From NCBI GenBank assembly GCA_910584255.1, contig CAJTXV010000001.1, positions 81,318 through 145,317 of the forward strand: DNA of 64,000 nucleotides, written 5' to 3'. How positions within the stretch are numbered: the stretch's first letter is position 1; each line of letters starts with the position of its first letter. Source of the stretch: an uncultured Bacilli bacterium (GTDB lineage: Bacteria; Bacillota_I; Bacilli_A; RF39; UBA660). The notes under the pieces were generated by a model that worked only from the letters and a program-made list of their open reading frames with translations, did no database searches and was not told the DNA's origin. Both the position numbers and the translations under genes were made by a program. This document shows, piece after piece, positions 19,385 to 29,852 of this stretch.

Positions 19385-20139
19385 TTTGTTTCAAGTTTCA
19401 TTCCAAGATAGATTCCATTTTCATCCTGGATAGGACTACATATTCCTGTTTTATTTGTTTTTCTCAATTCAGTTGCACACACTTCAGCAACATTTTTCAT
19501 TGTATATCCATCAGAAAATAAAAAATATTTTATAATCTTACCTGAAGTATTATCAATTTTAGGTGATGTTTCTTGAATTGATGGAGATGGTATTTCTTCG
19601 TTTTTTGGAGGTGTTGGAGCTGGTTCGTTTTTTTGAATAGGTTTTGCATTTTCACTTTGTTGGGGAAGTGAAGAACTATTTTCTTCTTGCTTTGTTTCTT
19701 CTTTTATTAGAACGGAAAGAATTGTTTGACTACTATTACCAGATTTATCTGAAACAGTATAAACTATTGAACTTTCCCCTATAACTGAAGTATCTATTTT
19801 TTCATATTGAACTTGCTCAATTAAATCACCATCTACCTCATCAATAGCACTTTCTACGTAATCTAAATAATGAATATCATCCCCTTTCGTTATTTCTAAA
19901 TAATTTATTTTTAATTTAATGATCGGAGCATCTTCATCTTTTATAACTAATTCTTCCTGTTTCTTTTCTATTATTTCAGGAGATGAAGTGTTATTAAAAT
20001 GAAAATATAAGTATGATATCATTACTAATAAAAAAATAAGAATAAGACCAAATATGATAATCATTCTTTTCTTTTTATATTTACGATATTTTATTAATAA
20101 TTCTTCATCACTCATAATTATTTCTCCTCTCTCAAACAT
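19381..20139 (-). CDS. Membrane-anchored protein with an Ig-like (DUF5011-type) domain; T4SS accessory candidate
   Basis: N-terminal TM (IIIFGLILIFLLVMISYLYF); domain ...ITKGDDIHYLDYVESAIDEVDGDLIEQVQYEKIDTSVIGESSIVYTVSDKSGNSSQTILSVLIKEE. Confidence 0.45.
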   Translation of the reverse strand: MFERGEIIMSDEELLIKYRKYKKKRMIIIFGLILIFLLVMISYLYFHFNNTSSPEIIEKKQEELVIKDEDAPIIKLKINYLEITKGDDIHYLDYVESAIDEVDGDLIEQVQYEKIDTSVIGESSIVYTVSDKSGNSSQTILSVLIKEETKQEENSSSLPQQSENAKPIQKNEPAPTPPKNEEIPSPSIQETSPKIDNTSGKIIKYFLFSDGYTMKNVAEVCATELRKTNKTGICSPIQDENGIYLGMKLETN

Positions 20140-20555
20140 TAATACTTGAAGTTTGGCTGTTCTTTAACAATAATTTGAATTCTTGCTTTTGTAATATTAG
20201 AAGCAGTATCGCTTACTTCATACTCAAGAAAATATTCCCCCACTTTTGATGTATCTATTTTCTCATAAGTAACCTTTTCTGTTAAATCACCTTCTAAATT
20301 GTCAGATGCTTCTTTGATAAATGAAGTATAATTAATTTCATCCCCTTGATATACTGTTATTTTATCTTGTTTAAGGATTAATATAGGAGCTACTTCATCA
20401 TTTTTTAATATTTCAATTTGTTTTTCTTGCTCTGCTTTTGCTTCTTTTTCAGCTTTTAATTCTCGATTCCATACATTTTGTTTTAAAATGAATGGTACTA
20501 AACTACATAAAATAATGACTGCAATAAAAATTGCAATTGTTTTCTTATTTTTCAT
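20139..20555 (-). CDS. Membrane-anchored protein with the same Ig-like domain (paralog of the upstream gene)
   Basis: TM IAIFIAVIILCSLVPFIL; VYQGDEINYTSFIKEASDNLEGDLTEKVTYEKIDTSKVGEYFLEYEVSDTASNITKARIQIIVKE. Confidence 0.45.
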   Translation of the reverse strand: MKNKKTIAIFIAVIILCSLVPFILKQNVWNRELKAEKEAKAEQEKQIEILKNDEVAPILILKQDKITVYQGDEINYTSFIKEASDNLEGDLTEKVTYEKIDTSKVGEYFLEYEVSDTASNITKARIQIIVKEQPNFKY

Positions 20556-20569
20556 ATAATTTTCCTTTC

Positions 20570-21712
20570 CTAATCTAAATAAATAAAACCTATAATATTT
20601 AACCCACTACTTTTACTTTCTATTCTATACTCATCGAAAGATGAATAAGTTTTAGTTCTCACCATTTCTTCTGCATGTTCATTTGCATATTCTACCTGAC
20701 TGCATGAACCATCACTACACTTATTTCCAACATTTCCTTCGCTTATTGTAATGCTCTTTCCATCATAAGACTCTACAAATGCAACATGACCAAATTTTCT
20801 TCCTGCTAATACAACAACAGACTTTGCAGAAGGTTGTGTACCAGTTTGATATCCCATGGCAATAGCTTTAGATAACCACGTTTGTGCATTACCTGTAGGC
20901 ATCTTTTTATTTGTTAGTTCTAATGCTCTTCCAAATGAATACCAAGTGCATTGACCTTTATATCCAGATGTTGTTAAAGTATTTTTGGAATTATAGAAAT
21001 CACTTTTTAAATTTGCTTGAGTTTTTGTTGTATCAAATACAGGAACATGAGTTTTAAATCCATTGCCCAATCCTTCAGCATAATCTGGAGAACTATATAC
21101 CATGTCCAATATTTCTAACTGATCATTAGAGAACCACGTATCTTTACCATCTGTTACTTTCTTTTTTTTGTTGTATTCTGCTATATAGGAATAATTATAT
21201 CTACACCACTCCATATAGTCTTGATACATCCCATTTGTAATAATTAGTACAGGAATTTCTTCTTCGATTATTTCACCAGATTCATTTGTTTTTTCTATTT
21301 TTTGTTTTGTTTCCTCGTGTTTTTCATATAATCCTGCTGCCTTAAATTTCTCAAGTAAATCTTTTTCTGCTTGATCATAATTTAACTCTGACAATGTAGA
21401 ATGAATAATAGCAAGTGGAATTCTCCAATCAACTCTTCCATAATCTCCATCAACACCTATAACAATTCCCTTTGGATTATTATTAACCCACTCATCCACT
21501 TGCCTGTTATATTCATTTTGAACAGAAATCATATATTCATTATATTTTGATAGTACACTATCATTAGAACTGCCACTACCAAAAATAGACCCTAAAGCAA
21601 CTATAATTAGAATAACAAGTGCAGCTGGAATCATAATTTCAGCAAGCGATATAAATAAACTCATTAACATTTTTAACATTTTTAGCAACATTTGTTTTGC
21701 AACCTGAGCCAA
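20570..21712 (-). CDS. T4SS-associated CHAP-domain peptidoglycan hydrolase (VirB1 functional analog) with N-terminal TM; in-frame open extension up to about 22426
   Basis: GQCTWYSFGRA (Cys) ... GHVAFVESYDG (His) is a CHAP domain; TTG start at 21712; the same frame stays open for about 238 more codons upstream with no ATG/GTG/TTG. Confidence 0.7.
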   Translation of the reverse strand: MAQVAKQMLLKMLKMLMSLFISLAEIMIPAALVILIIVALGSIFGSGSSNDSVLSKYNEYMISVQNEYNRQVDEWVNNNPKGIVIGVDGDYGRVDWRIPLAIIHSTLSELNYDQAEKDLLEKFKAAGLYEKHEETKQKIEKTNESGEIIEEEIPVLIITNGMYQDYMEWCRYNYSYIAEYNKKKKVTDGKDTWFSNDQLEILDMVYSSPDYAEGLGNGFKTHVPVFDTTKTQANLKSDFYNSKNTLTTSGYKGQCTWYSFGRALELTNKKMPTGNAQTWLSKAIAMGYQTGTQPSAKSVVVLAGRKFGHVAFVESYDGKSITISEGNVGNKCSDGSCSQVEYANEHAEEMVRTKTYSSFDEYRIESKSSGLNIIGFIYLD

Positions 21713-22462
21713 TTTTTTTCCTATAGTCTGTTTAAATTTATTCTTAATTGGCGTTGTAATTTTTTTTGTAACTTTTTTTGCTGTTTTTCCAGTTTTTGTT
21801 TTAAGTTTTCTTCCTATCTTATCACTTATATATTCAGAACCTGTACCATCATTACTAATTGCTTTATTTAATTCTCTAGACGTTTTAGTTATTGTCTTGC
21901 CAAATTTAGAAATTTTTTCTCCACTTTTACTAACAACTGTAACCGTTTTAGATAATTTTCCTTGATTATCATTAAACTTAAAGGTCTTTTTTGCAACCTT
22001 ATTAATTCCAGTCTTTAATCTGCTTTTTTTAGGAACATCTTTATCATTATCTTCAGAAGATATATTTTCAATATTTTCTTCACTATTACTAGCATTAGTT
22101 TTTAACCTGCTAGATGAACCTTCAGTTGAATATTGATCTGCATTTTCCTTTTCTTGATTATTTGCCGAAGTTTTTAATCTTGTACAGGAATTCTCTTTAT
22201 TGGAATTACTTTCAACTTCATTGGAATCATTTGTTTTTTCCTCTTCTTCTTTCTTTTTTTGTTCTTCTTCTAAAATTTTTATTTCCCTATTTTCTTTAAT
22301 ATCTGATAATTTTTTTGCCCCTTTATCTACTAAATCAAAAGAATGAGATGATAATGAAGAAGAAAAGGTTGATAATCTATCTATGGATTTCTTGGTATCT
22401 TTTTCTGAATTATTATTCAGTATGAATCACCTATCCTTTCAATAATTTAAAATCATTAAAAA

Positions 22463-24886
22463 TCATCTTGCTTGTACTTGATTGTCTGTATTATTAATCT
22501 TATATAATAAGTAATCTTTAGGAATTTTATTTGAAAAAGGAATAACATCAGAACCAAATACTAATAACCCCTGACCAGTTGGGGCATCTCCTTCTACATA
22601 TCTACTTTCTTCTTCACTTATCCCAAAGATATTACATATTGCTGGAAGATCTAATGTTTTTTGTTTTAATATAACAGCAAATTCTGAATTAGAAAGCATT
22701 TTTCTACCCTGTTCATTGTTTAGCATGTCTGCTATATTTTGTGTTATTATTGTATTCATTCCTAATAGTTTTCTTCCTACCTTATAAGTAGTTGCTAAAT
22801 ATTGTGCAGAATAAGGGTTTGCAAGTAAAATGTGAGCTTCATCAGTAAAATTCCAAGTATATTTTCCTAAAGTCTTGTTATATGCTAATCTATTTTGAAT
22901 ATAATCAAGAACTACTAAATACCCTGTTGTCTGTAATGATGCTGAAAGCTCACTAATATCAAAGCAAACAAGCCTTTTCTTGATATTAACATTAGTTTGT
23001 TTAGCAAATAAGTCCATCGACCCTTTTACAAATCTCTCAATTATTAGAGCCAAATCTTTTGACTCTTGCTCTGGTTGTTTAAGAAGCATATTGTAAAAAT
23101 CTGGCAGTGTTGGAAGCAATGTTTTATCTTGATAATTACTTTTTTCATATTCCTCGAATACAAGTTTAGTACATCTATCAATAATCGTTTTTTGACCACC
23201 ACTAAGTCCATTTGCACCAACTATACTTTCAAGGAATGCTATAATGTACTCCGTTTTTGATTTTATGGGATTATTTCTACCACTCTCATTAAATCCATAA
23301 TTTAAATCTAAATCAAAAGGATTTATATAGGTGTTAGATGTTGCAGAAATAGTTATCTTTTGACTTTCTTCCTTAAAAGCATCTAATAATGAGCCATACT
23401 CATTTTGTGGATCAATAATGAAGATATCATCATTAGGATAACGAATCATTATCTGCTCTATAATTGTTTTTACATTAAATGATTTTCCAGCACCACTTGT
23501 AGCTAATACACACCCATTTCCATTAATTAATTTTTTTCTATCACAGAATATAGAATTCTTACTTACTAAATTCACTCCATAATATAGCGACTTTTCATGC
23601 AAGAAGTCTTTTGAGTTGAAAGGTACATTAACAGCTGTTGCCTCACTTGTAAGTGTTCTTTGAAATTGAATAGAATTATGACCTAAAGGAAGAAGATTTT
23701 GTAATCCTTCTAATTGTTGCCATAAAAGTGAACGAACCTCAACCAACATTTCAGCTGCAACCTCCTGAACTTTTATAGTTTGATCTTCCAAATCTTCAAA
23801 ACTATTGGCAGAAATACAAATCAATGTATTATTTTGAAATATTTTTTGATTATTTTTTTGAAGATCATATTGAAGCTGTTCTGCATTTAAAATCTTTGTC
23901 TCTAATTTTTTATCCTTTACCCATTCATAATCTAGATGACTTTTACCAGCACGCTTAATTTTTTCAAGACGTTCGGTTTCCATTGCCGACAAGGATTTAT
24001 CTACTTGTTTCATCATCTTAGCAGCATTTGTCGGAGTTATATTTAGTGTTGTTATTAAATTTACTTCTTCTAAAGTAGTAATGCGATTATAAAATCTTGG
24101 AGTTAGACTTTTTGGTAATTTAGAAACATATAATACTCTTAAAAATTTTTTATCATCTATTTCTATAAAATCAGATTCTCTCATAGAAATTTTTTTAGGT
24201 GCAATAGCATCAAAAATTGTCATATTATTTTCTTGAGCATAAGTAATTATATTATCTATATTTCTAGTTTCTAAAGTTTCTACATTGAAGAAGTTATATA
24301 AAAACTTTAATCTTTCTTTCATACTAACTAACGTAATCTTTGACTTTAATTCTTTAAATTTCTGTTCGGTTTTTAAAAAGATATTTAAAAACAAAGCATT
24401 TGCTTCAATAAAGTCCTTTGCTTTCAAAGACACTACAATAAATCTTTTTGTCTGTAATATTTCTTCATTAGACCCTAGTGAATTTACAATGATTGTATTT
24501 AATTCATCTGCTATCTTTTTTTGCTTATCATCTATTAACTGTTCAGTATCAAATATAAACTTTTCTTTATACTTTTCAGTTTTAATAGGAGTTCCTGCAT
24601 TAATAACTGCAATATGATTATCCTCTCTAAATGAATGAAGATATTCAAGCCATTTAAAGAAAATATTTTCTGCTTCTTCATCGTTTGCTTTAGCAAATGA
24701 TACATCAGTATATTCAATACAAATAGAGTATTCATCATCTCCTATTTTTAAAATATTAGTTTTTTCATCAAAGTCCTGAAACATATAAGAAATTACCTCT
24801 TGACTTGTTTTTGGGGTAAAGACTTTTGGAATAACTCTAATTTTTGGTTTATTCTTTTGACGATTCTTCTTCAACTTTTGCTTCAT
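22463..24886 (-). CDS. VirB4/TrbE-family conjugative ATPase
   Basis: 807 aa; Walker A CVLATSGAGKSFNVK; Walker B-like DEAH; typical Gram-positive VirB4 size. Confidence 0.85.
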   Translation of the reverse strand: MKQKLKKNRQKNKPKIRVIPKVFTPKTSQEVISYMFQDFDEKTNILKIGDDEYSICIEYTDVSFAKANDEEAENIFFKWLEYLHSFREDNHIAVINAGTPIKTEKYKEKFIFDTEQLIDDKQKKIADELNTIIVNSLGSNEEILQTKRFIVVSLKAKDFIEANALFLNIFLKTEQKFKELKSKITLVSMKERLKFLYNFFNVETLETRNIDNIITYAQENNMTIFDAIAPKKISMRESDFIEIDDKKFLRVLYVSKLPKSLTPRFYNRITTLEEVNLITTLNITPTNAAKMMKQVDKSLSAMETERLEKIKRAGKSHLDYEWVKDKKLETKILNAEQLQYDLQKNNQKIFQNNTLICISANSFEDLEDQTIKVQEVAAEMLVEVRSLLWQQLEGLQNLLPLGHNSIQFQRTLTSEATAVNVPFNSKDFLHEKSLYYGVNLVSKNSIFCDRKKLINGNGCVLATSGAGKSFNVKTIIEQIMIRYPNDDIFIIDPQNEYGSLLDAFKEESQKITISATSNTYINPFDLDLNYGFNESGRNNPIKSKTEYIIAFLESIVGANGLSGGQKTIIDRCTKLVFEEYEKSNYQDKTLLPTLPDFYNMLLKQPEQESKDLALIIERFVKGSMDLFAKQTNVNIKKRLVCFDISELSASLQTTGYLVVLDYIQNRLAYNKTLGKYTWNFTDEAHILLANPYSAQYLATTYKVGRKLLGMNTIITQNIADMLNNEQGRKMLSNSEFAVILKQKTLDLPAICNIFGISEEESRYVEGDAPTGQGLLVFGSDVIPFSNKIPKDYLLYKINNTDNQVQAR

Positions 24887-25457
24887 TTATTATATTTTCC
24901 TCCCCTCCGATAACTTGTTTAGCAACTTTTAGAAGAACTTGGGCTTCTTCTGGACTTAAAGAAAAATTACTTGTAGATTTTTCTAAAGCATTTATATTAA
25001 ATTTTTTCTTAGCTCTAGCAATTTCTCTTTGCTTTTTTCGTTCCTTTTGAAGCTCTTTTTGCTTTTGTTTTTCTATCTTTTTAGCATTTTTCAAATCTTT
25101 TTTATTTAATACTGATTTCTCTATTGTTTTTTTTCCCTTTTCTTGTTGTAATTCTTCTTCAGTTTTATATAAAAGGGGCTTAGCAAAGTTAATATAATTT
25201 CTTTTCCAAAAGAAAATTATTTTTTCGGCATTTAATCCTTGTATTGGAATGAATCCAAAAAAACCTATTGGAATTGCTACTATAACTACCACCCATCCAG
25301 CCATATCACTTCCAATTTTAGGTGATAAAATTAAATACAAAGGAATTGTAGTAATTAAAATTAGAATTCCAAAAATCCACTGCCTTAATGTGAAATTATA
25401 AAATTTTTCTTTGTAATCACGAATCTCATCGTGTATTCTTGGTTCAATTCTATCCAT
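24849..25457 (-). CDS. VirB3-like small membrane protein (two TM segments plus a K/E-rich coiled-coil tail)
   Basis: Two hydrophobic helices near the N-terminus; located immediately upstream of VirB4. Confidence 0.4.
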   Translation of the reverse strand: MDRIEPRIHDEIRDYKEKFYNFTLRQWIFGILILITTIPLYLILSPKIGSDMAGWVVVIVAIPIGFFGFIPIQGLNAEKIIFFWKRNYINFAKPLLYKTEEELQQEKGKKTIEKSVLNKKDLKNAKKIEKQKQKELQKERKKQREIARAKKKFNINALEKSTSNFSLSPEEAQVLLKVAKQVIGGEENIINEAKVEEESSKE

Positions 25458-25458
25458 T

Positions 25459-26277
25459 TTAACCTCCAGTCCATTTCTCTGCCATCGAACTTGTCATTGA
25501 AATCATTGCCATTAAGAATCCGTTTAAGAACATGATCCCAATCATAGAACTTATTGAACTAGCATCTGTTAGAGTAGATAATGATAAAGAATATATAGCA
25601 GTTGCTACTACAATCATTGATGATTCAATTCCAAGTGAAATAGTTGACATAATAAATCGCTTACAGACATTTTGCCCATCTTCCCATGTTCCAATCGAAA
25701 TTGGGATTGGAGAAAATGCAAAACATAGGATTAATTTTCCTATTCTTAGGAAAACTTGTACTAATACTCCTATCATCGTTCCCATGAAAGGGATATATAA
25801 AATTAAAATAATAACACTCATCAAACCTCTGTCGATAATTCCACCTGCATTCCTAACAAGATCACCCATTTGTTGTGCTAGGTTAGGTACAGAAGCAGTT
25901 GAAGACATAGATGACATTACTTTGGATAATATATCATTTGTAATTGTCATAATTGAAGACAATAACTCAAAAGAATTCTCTATTAACATTTTAAATATAA
26001 AGAAGCGAATACATGTAAACACGATTCGCTCCCAAGACATACGCTCATAATCCATGACTTTTTTAGTCAAATCTATTAAGAAAAACAATGTTAAAAGAGA
26101 AAGACCAACAGGAACAATGATTGAATGAATACTGGATGCTAAACTCCATACTTTTGTACCAGTAATTGTATTCCAATTACATAGTTTACGGATAGTACCA
26201 ACAAAATCACCTATATCTATTTTAAAACCCAATATTTTAAAGGATATTTTAAATAGATTTTCAATCAATTTTGCCAT
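25459..26277 (-). CDS. VirB6/TrbL-like polytopic membrane protein
   Basis: 272 aa with five or more predicted TM helices between the pilin-like and VirB3-like genes. Confidence 0.45.
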   Translation of the reverse strand: MAKLIENLFKISFKILGFKIDIGDFVGTIRKLCNWNTITGTKVWSLASSIHSIIVPVGLSLLTLFFLIDLTKKVMDYERMSWERIVFTCIRFFIFKMLIENSFELLSSIMTITNDILSKVMSSMSSTASVPNLAQQMGDLVRNAGGIIDRGLMSVIILILYIPFMGTMIGVLVQVFLRIGKLILCFAFSPIPISIGTWEDGQNVCKRFIMSTISLGIESSMIVVATAIYSLSLSTLTDASSISSMIGIMFLNGFLMAMISMTSSMAEKWTGG

Positions 26278-26303
26278 TTAATCCTCCTTCTTAAATTTAT
26301 TGA

Positions 26304-26672
26304 TTATAATCCAAATAAACCTTTAGATTGACTAATAGCCACTACCATAAAACCAGCCATCATTGTCATAAGTCCACGAGATTTTCCTTCTGCATCATCT
26401 CTTTGCCAACCTAATGCAAACATGACTGCTCCAATCAAAGCAACTACTCCTCCTATCTTGAGTAACCAATCGCAAATGAAAGTGATAAATCCATCAATGC
26501 TAGATGTATTGCTTCCTGCTGCATGAACATTAGTAACACCTAAAATTACACTACATAAGACAATATTTAAACTACTAACTACTTTTTTAAATAAATTTTT
26601 AGTTTTTACTACCAGATTATTTTTTTTCATAATTTCTCCTTTTCTATCATTTTCGTTTCCAATAGGAAACAT
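26304..26672 (-). CDS. Small membrane protein, VirB2/TrbC pilin-like candidate
   Basis: Signal-like segment ...NVHAAG, then two hydrophobic helices (IGGVVALIGAVMFALGW; MMAGFMVVAISQ). Confidence 0.3.
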   Translation of the reverse strand: MFPIGNENDRKGEIMKKNNLVVKTKNLFKKVVSSLNIVLCSVILGVTNVHAAGSNTSSIDGFITFICDWLLKIGGVVALIGAVMFALGWQRDDAEGKSRGLMTMMAGFMVVAISQSKGLFGL

Positions 26673-26708
26673 CTAATTAAAAAAAATAAACTGCAAACTT
26701 CAACTACT

Positions 26709-28652
26709 TCAAATTGTATCTAATAGTTCATCTGTAAGATTCTTAGTTGTTAATAAAATTTCACCATTATCAAGTTTTTTTTCTTCTTCAAGAGTTATTT
26801 TTCTTGCCCTGAATTCTGGTTCTATCTTTACAAAACCTAATCCTAATTCTTTAAATAGTTGCTGCTTTCTTCTGGTCTCTTTAGTTTTCCTCCTTTCTAT
26901 CTCATGCACATATTTATTTTGAATTGTTCCTTTTTCATCCCATGCTTCAAACAATTCTCCATATCTAGGATGTTTTGACAAGTCAAACATTTTTGAATAA
27001 AAAGGTCGAAGACCTGATACTAATAAAATACAATATCCTTTTTCCATTCTGGCAATTTCATCAATAAAAGCTAATTCTCTACCAACTACATCCCAATTAG
27101 TAGAAGAAGAACCTTGTTTTGAATAAGTTCTACCAGATGACTTTTTATACCATGTTTTTTTTCCAAGCATTGATGACATGTATTCTAATGTTTCCTTAGA
27201 TCTTGATCCCATAAACAAAACGTAATCACAACAATCTAATGCTGTTTCCCAGTTATCTTTATATACTTTCTTTAACTGACTTAAACTTTGTAAACATGTT
27301 GTTATACCACAATTAAGTCCACGAACGTATGCTAAGTTTTCCAGGTATCTTGGTATAACTCCTAGCTGACTCCATTCTTCGCAGTAGACCTGACAAGGAG
27401 TTGCTAAAGAACCATTGTTATGGTTAGCATTATAATCTATAATAGAAAATATCTGAGTATACATAATACTAGCAATAAAATTAAATGTACTGTCATTAGG
27501 ACTATTAATTATAAAATAGGCAATTTTTCCTTTATCTCCTTTAGCTCCAATACGATTTAATTCCATAGTATCATCAACAGTAATTGATTCTAATTCAGCT
27601 ATATTAAATGGAGATAATCTTGCTGATGCAGTAATAATAATGGTACTCATCATTTTAGTTGATGAAGCTGAGACTTTAAAATGTTTCCATTGTTTAATCC
27701 CTATATTATTAGGGTCTTTTGTTTCCCAAACCTTAAACATATTACCTAAAACTGAATCGCCATTTTTATCAGGTTCAGCTAACCTTATTAATTCAAGTAC
27801 AGTTTTAAAATTTCTATCCTTTTCTTCATAATTAAAAATTACATAATAAATAATGCTTTGAAGAAACATAGATTCACAACGTTCCCAAAAAGGATCTCCT
27901 GTGTTTGACTCAATCGTTTCACTTTTTGTATTTAACATTAAAGTGTTAATCAATGTCATAACATCATCTTCTGCTATCCACTCTTCCCCTTCAGAATTTT
28001 CATCTACATATCTATTTACTTTTTTTATATAAAGTAAAGGATTAAAATGATCAGACTTATATTTTTCTACTAAATTTAAAACTCGAATATCATAACCTTT
28101 ATTTACTAAAGACATACCACAATCACGAAGTAATTCTCCCTTTGGATCAGTCATTACAATTGTTTCGCCATTAGCACTCAGTAAATTTGGCTTAAAATAA
28201 TATCTAGATTTTCCAGTACCAGGTCTACCAATCAAAATAACATTACGATTTCTTTGAGATACTTTCATATTTTTTGAAAAAAGTTCAGTAGAAGTAAAGA
28301 TTTGATTGTTTTCAAAATCGCTATCACGATATTTTAGCGTGGCTTTAGGTTCTTCCCACTCTGAGCTGCCATGAGTATCTTCTTGTATATTTTTCTTATT
28401 TTGTATTATATAACTATAAATAATCATTACTACAAACATTCCAACAAATAAAGAAGTTGAAATAGTTTTAGCATTTAAAATAACTGGAGTTGTAATCACA
28501 TGAAGTTTATCTAATGCTTCAGTAAGATATTCAAATTTAAACTCGCCATTTATTTCAGAGAGACTACTAACTCTAAGAGCATAATATGAGGCAATTAAAA
28601 AAATTATAAAAATAATCCATTTACTACCTTTATGAACTCTTTTAATGAGCAA
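26709..28652 (-). CDS. Type IV coupling protein (VirD4/TraG family)
   Basis: N-terminal TM helices; Walker A ILIGRPGTGKSRYYF; TDPKGELLRD motif typical of TraG/VirD4. Confidence 0.8.
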   Translation of the reverse strand: MLIKRVHKGSKWIIFIIFLIASYYALRVSSLSEINGEFKFEYLTEALDKLHVITTPVILNAKTISTSLFVGMFVVMIIYSYIIQNKKNIQEDTHGSSEWEEPKATLKYRDSDFENNQIFTSTELFSKNMKVSQRNRNVILIGRPGTGKSRYYFKPNLLSANGETIVMTDPKGELLRDCGMSLVNKGYDIRVLNLVEKYKSDHFNPLLYIKKVNRYVDENSEGEEWIAEDDVMTLINTLMLNTKSETIESNTGDPFWERCESMFLQSIIYYVIFNYEEKDRNFKTVLELIRLAEPDKNGDSVLGNMFKVWETKDPNNIGIKQWKHFKVSASSTKMMSTIIITASARLSPFNIAELESITVDDTMELNRIGAKGDKGKIAYFIINSPNDSTFNFIASIMYTQIFSIIDYNANHNNGSLATPCQVYCEEWSQLGVIPRYLENLAYVRGLNCGITTCLQSLSQLKKVYKDNWETALDCCDYVLFMGSRSKETLEYMSSMLGKKTWYKKSSGRTYSKQGSSSTNWDVVGRELAFIDEIARMEKGYCILLVSGLRPFYSKMFDLSKHPRYGELFEAWDEKGTIQNKYVHEIERRKTKETRRKQQLFKELGLGFVKIEPEFRARKITLEEEKKLDNGEILLTTKNLTDELLDTI

Positions 28653-29850
28653 TTTCTAATTCCTCTTCCTTATCTATAACTTTTTCTATTGGATTATTTT
28701 TTTCAGCAAATTCATCTGCCTCTTTGACTAAATCTGCTGTTTTGGATTTTTTTTTACTATTTTCATCAACTAATTTCTTTGTATCAGTTTCTTTAACAAT
28801 TGCAATAATTTTTCCATCTGGTTGATGAACTGCTGCATAATCCTTACTTTTATATTTTTCTTTAAATAATTTGTAATCATTAAAATCATCTAATTCTAGT
28901 TGAATAATATCATTAATATTGCTTTCTGATTCAATATCTCTAGCACCATTTATACCACATTCTTTAATTGGACTATCAAGTGGAGCAAATGACTTATATT
29001 CTTCTAAATCATCTGAAGAAATTGCAATAATCATTTCTTTATCATTATAAACCACTGCTCCATGACTTCGTAAATCAAAGAGTTGTTCTCTTATCTCACA
29101 ATATTGTTCTTTTGTGATAACTTGACTACAATAATTTTTTTGATAATCTTTAACTGCACATGATCCAAAATCCTCACCTATTTTATTTAAAGCATCAACA
29201 CTTAAATTCATTCCACGAGGAACTAAAGGTTCATAATCTTTTTCATCAATAACTCCATCTTTATTTATATCTACAAGTTCACTTTTTGAATATTGTTTTA
29301 CTCTATTTGGTGGTATTTTCTCTAGTTGCTCATTTAAAAAAGATAGCTTACTTTTATTAAAAATTAATACATATCTATCATCTAAATTCTTTTGTTCATC
29401 TTCTATAGATAACTTTTTATATTTTTCAGCTTGTGCTTTACATATATTATGAAGAAAAGAAATTTTTTGAAATGTTTTTTTTCTTTCATTCCATTTTTGA
29501 TATTTAATTTCGTTTTTAGCTAACTTTTCTTGTTTATGAAGTGATTGATTTTTCCCTTCTTCTCCACTTGGGTCCATTTTTCTGATTCCCATTAATACAT
29601 TATTTTCTCGACATGCTGTAATAATTTGTTTCGCCTCAGCTTTCGTAAGTGGTGGTGTTACATAAAGTTCTTTTGTAGGACCATCGTTACGAAGGGCTTT
29701 CATAGAAGAAGAAAAATGCTTCTGATAATATCTTTTTATTCGCTTTATGAATTTACCAAAAAATTTTGCAAATATTTTAGTAGATTTTCCAGATACTGTA
29801 ACAGTTTTCTCGGCTGTGTGTTCTAGGTCATGTTTCGCATTACCATCCAT
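28642..29850 (-). CDS. Hypothetical protein upstream of the T4CP (PcfB/DUF3801-type position); tail ...EEELEIAH
   Basis: 402-aa ORF; positional analogy only. Confidence 0.4.
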   Translation of the reverse strand: MDGNAKHDLEHTAEKTVTVSGKSTKIFAKFFGKFIKRIKRYYQKHFSSSMKALRNDGPTKELYVTPPLTKAEAKQIITACRENNVLMGIRKMDPSGEEGKNQSLHKQEKLAKNEIKYQKWNERKKTFQKISFLHNICKAQAEKYKKLSIEDEQKNLDDRYVLIFNKSKLSFLNEQLEKIPPNRVKQYSKSELVDINKDGVIDEKDYEPLVPRGMNLSVDALNKIGEDFGSCAVKDYQKNYCSQVITKEQYCEIREQLFDLRSHGAVVYNDKEMIIAISSDDLEEYKSFAPLDSPIKECGINGARDIESESNINDIIQLELDDFNDYKLFKEKYKSKDYAAVHQPDGKIIAIVKETDTKKLVDENSKKKSKTADLVKEADEFAEKNNPIEKVIDKEEELEIAH

Positions 29851-29852
29851 TA

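Noticed and set aside
1208-24617. Other plus-strand ORFs in the track (1208..1393, 2335..2601, 3868..4065, 4360..4566, 4978..5214, 5291..5476, 11441..11934, 12562..12759, 13188..13376, 15550..16038, 16502..16726, 22114..22299, 23066..23260, 24285..24617 and similar)
   Set aside because: All overlap stronger minus-strand genes. They are Phe/Leu/Ile-rich, as expected from antisense reading of purine-rich coding strands, and none shows a convincing RBS or domain signal.
25532-26050. Plus-strand 172-aa ORF
   Set aside because: It is entirely antisense to the VirB6-like membrane protein gene and has no RBS, so it is a mirror ORF.
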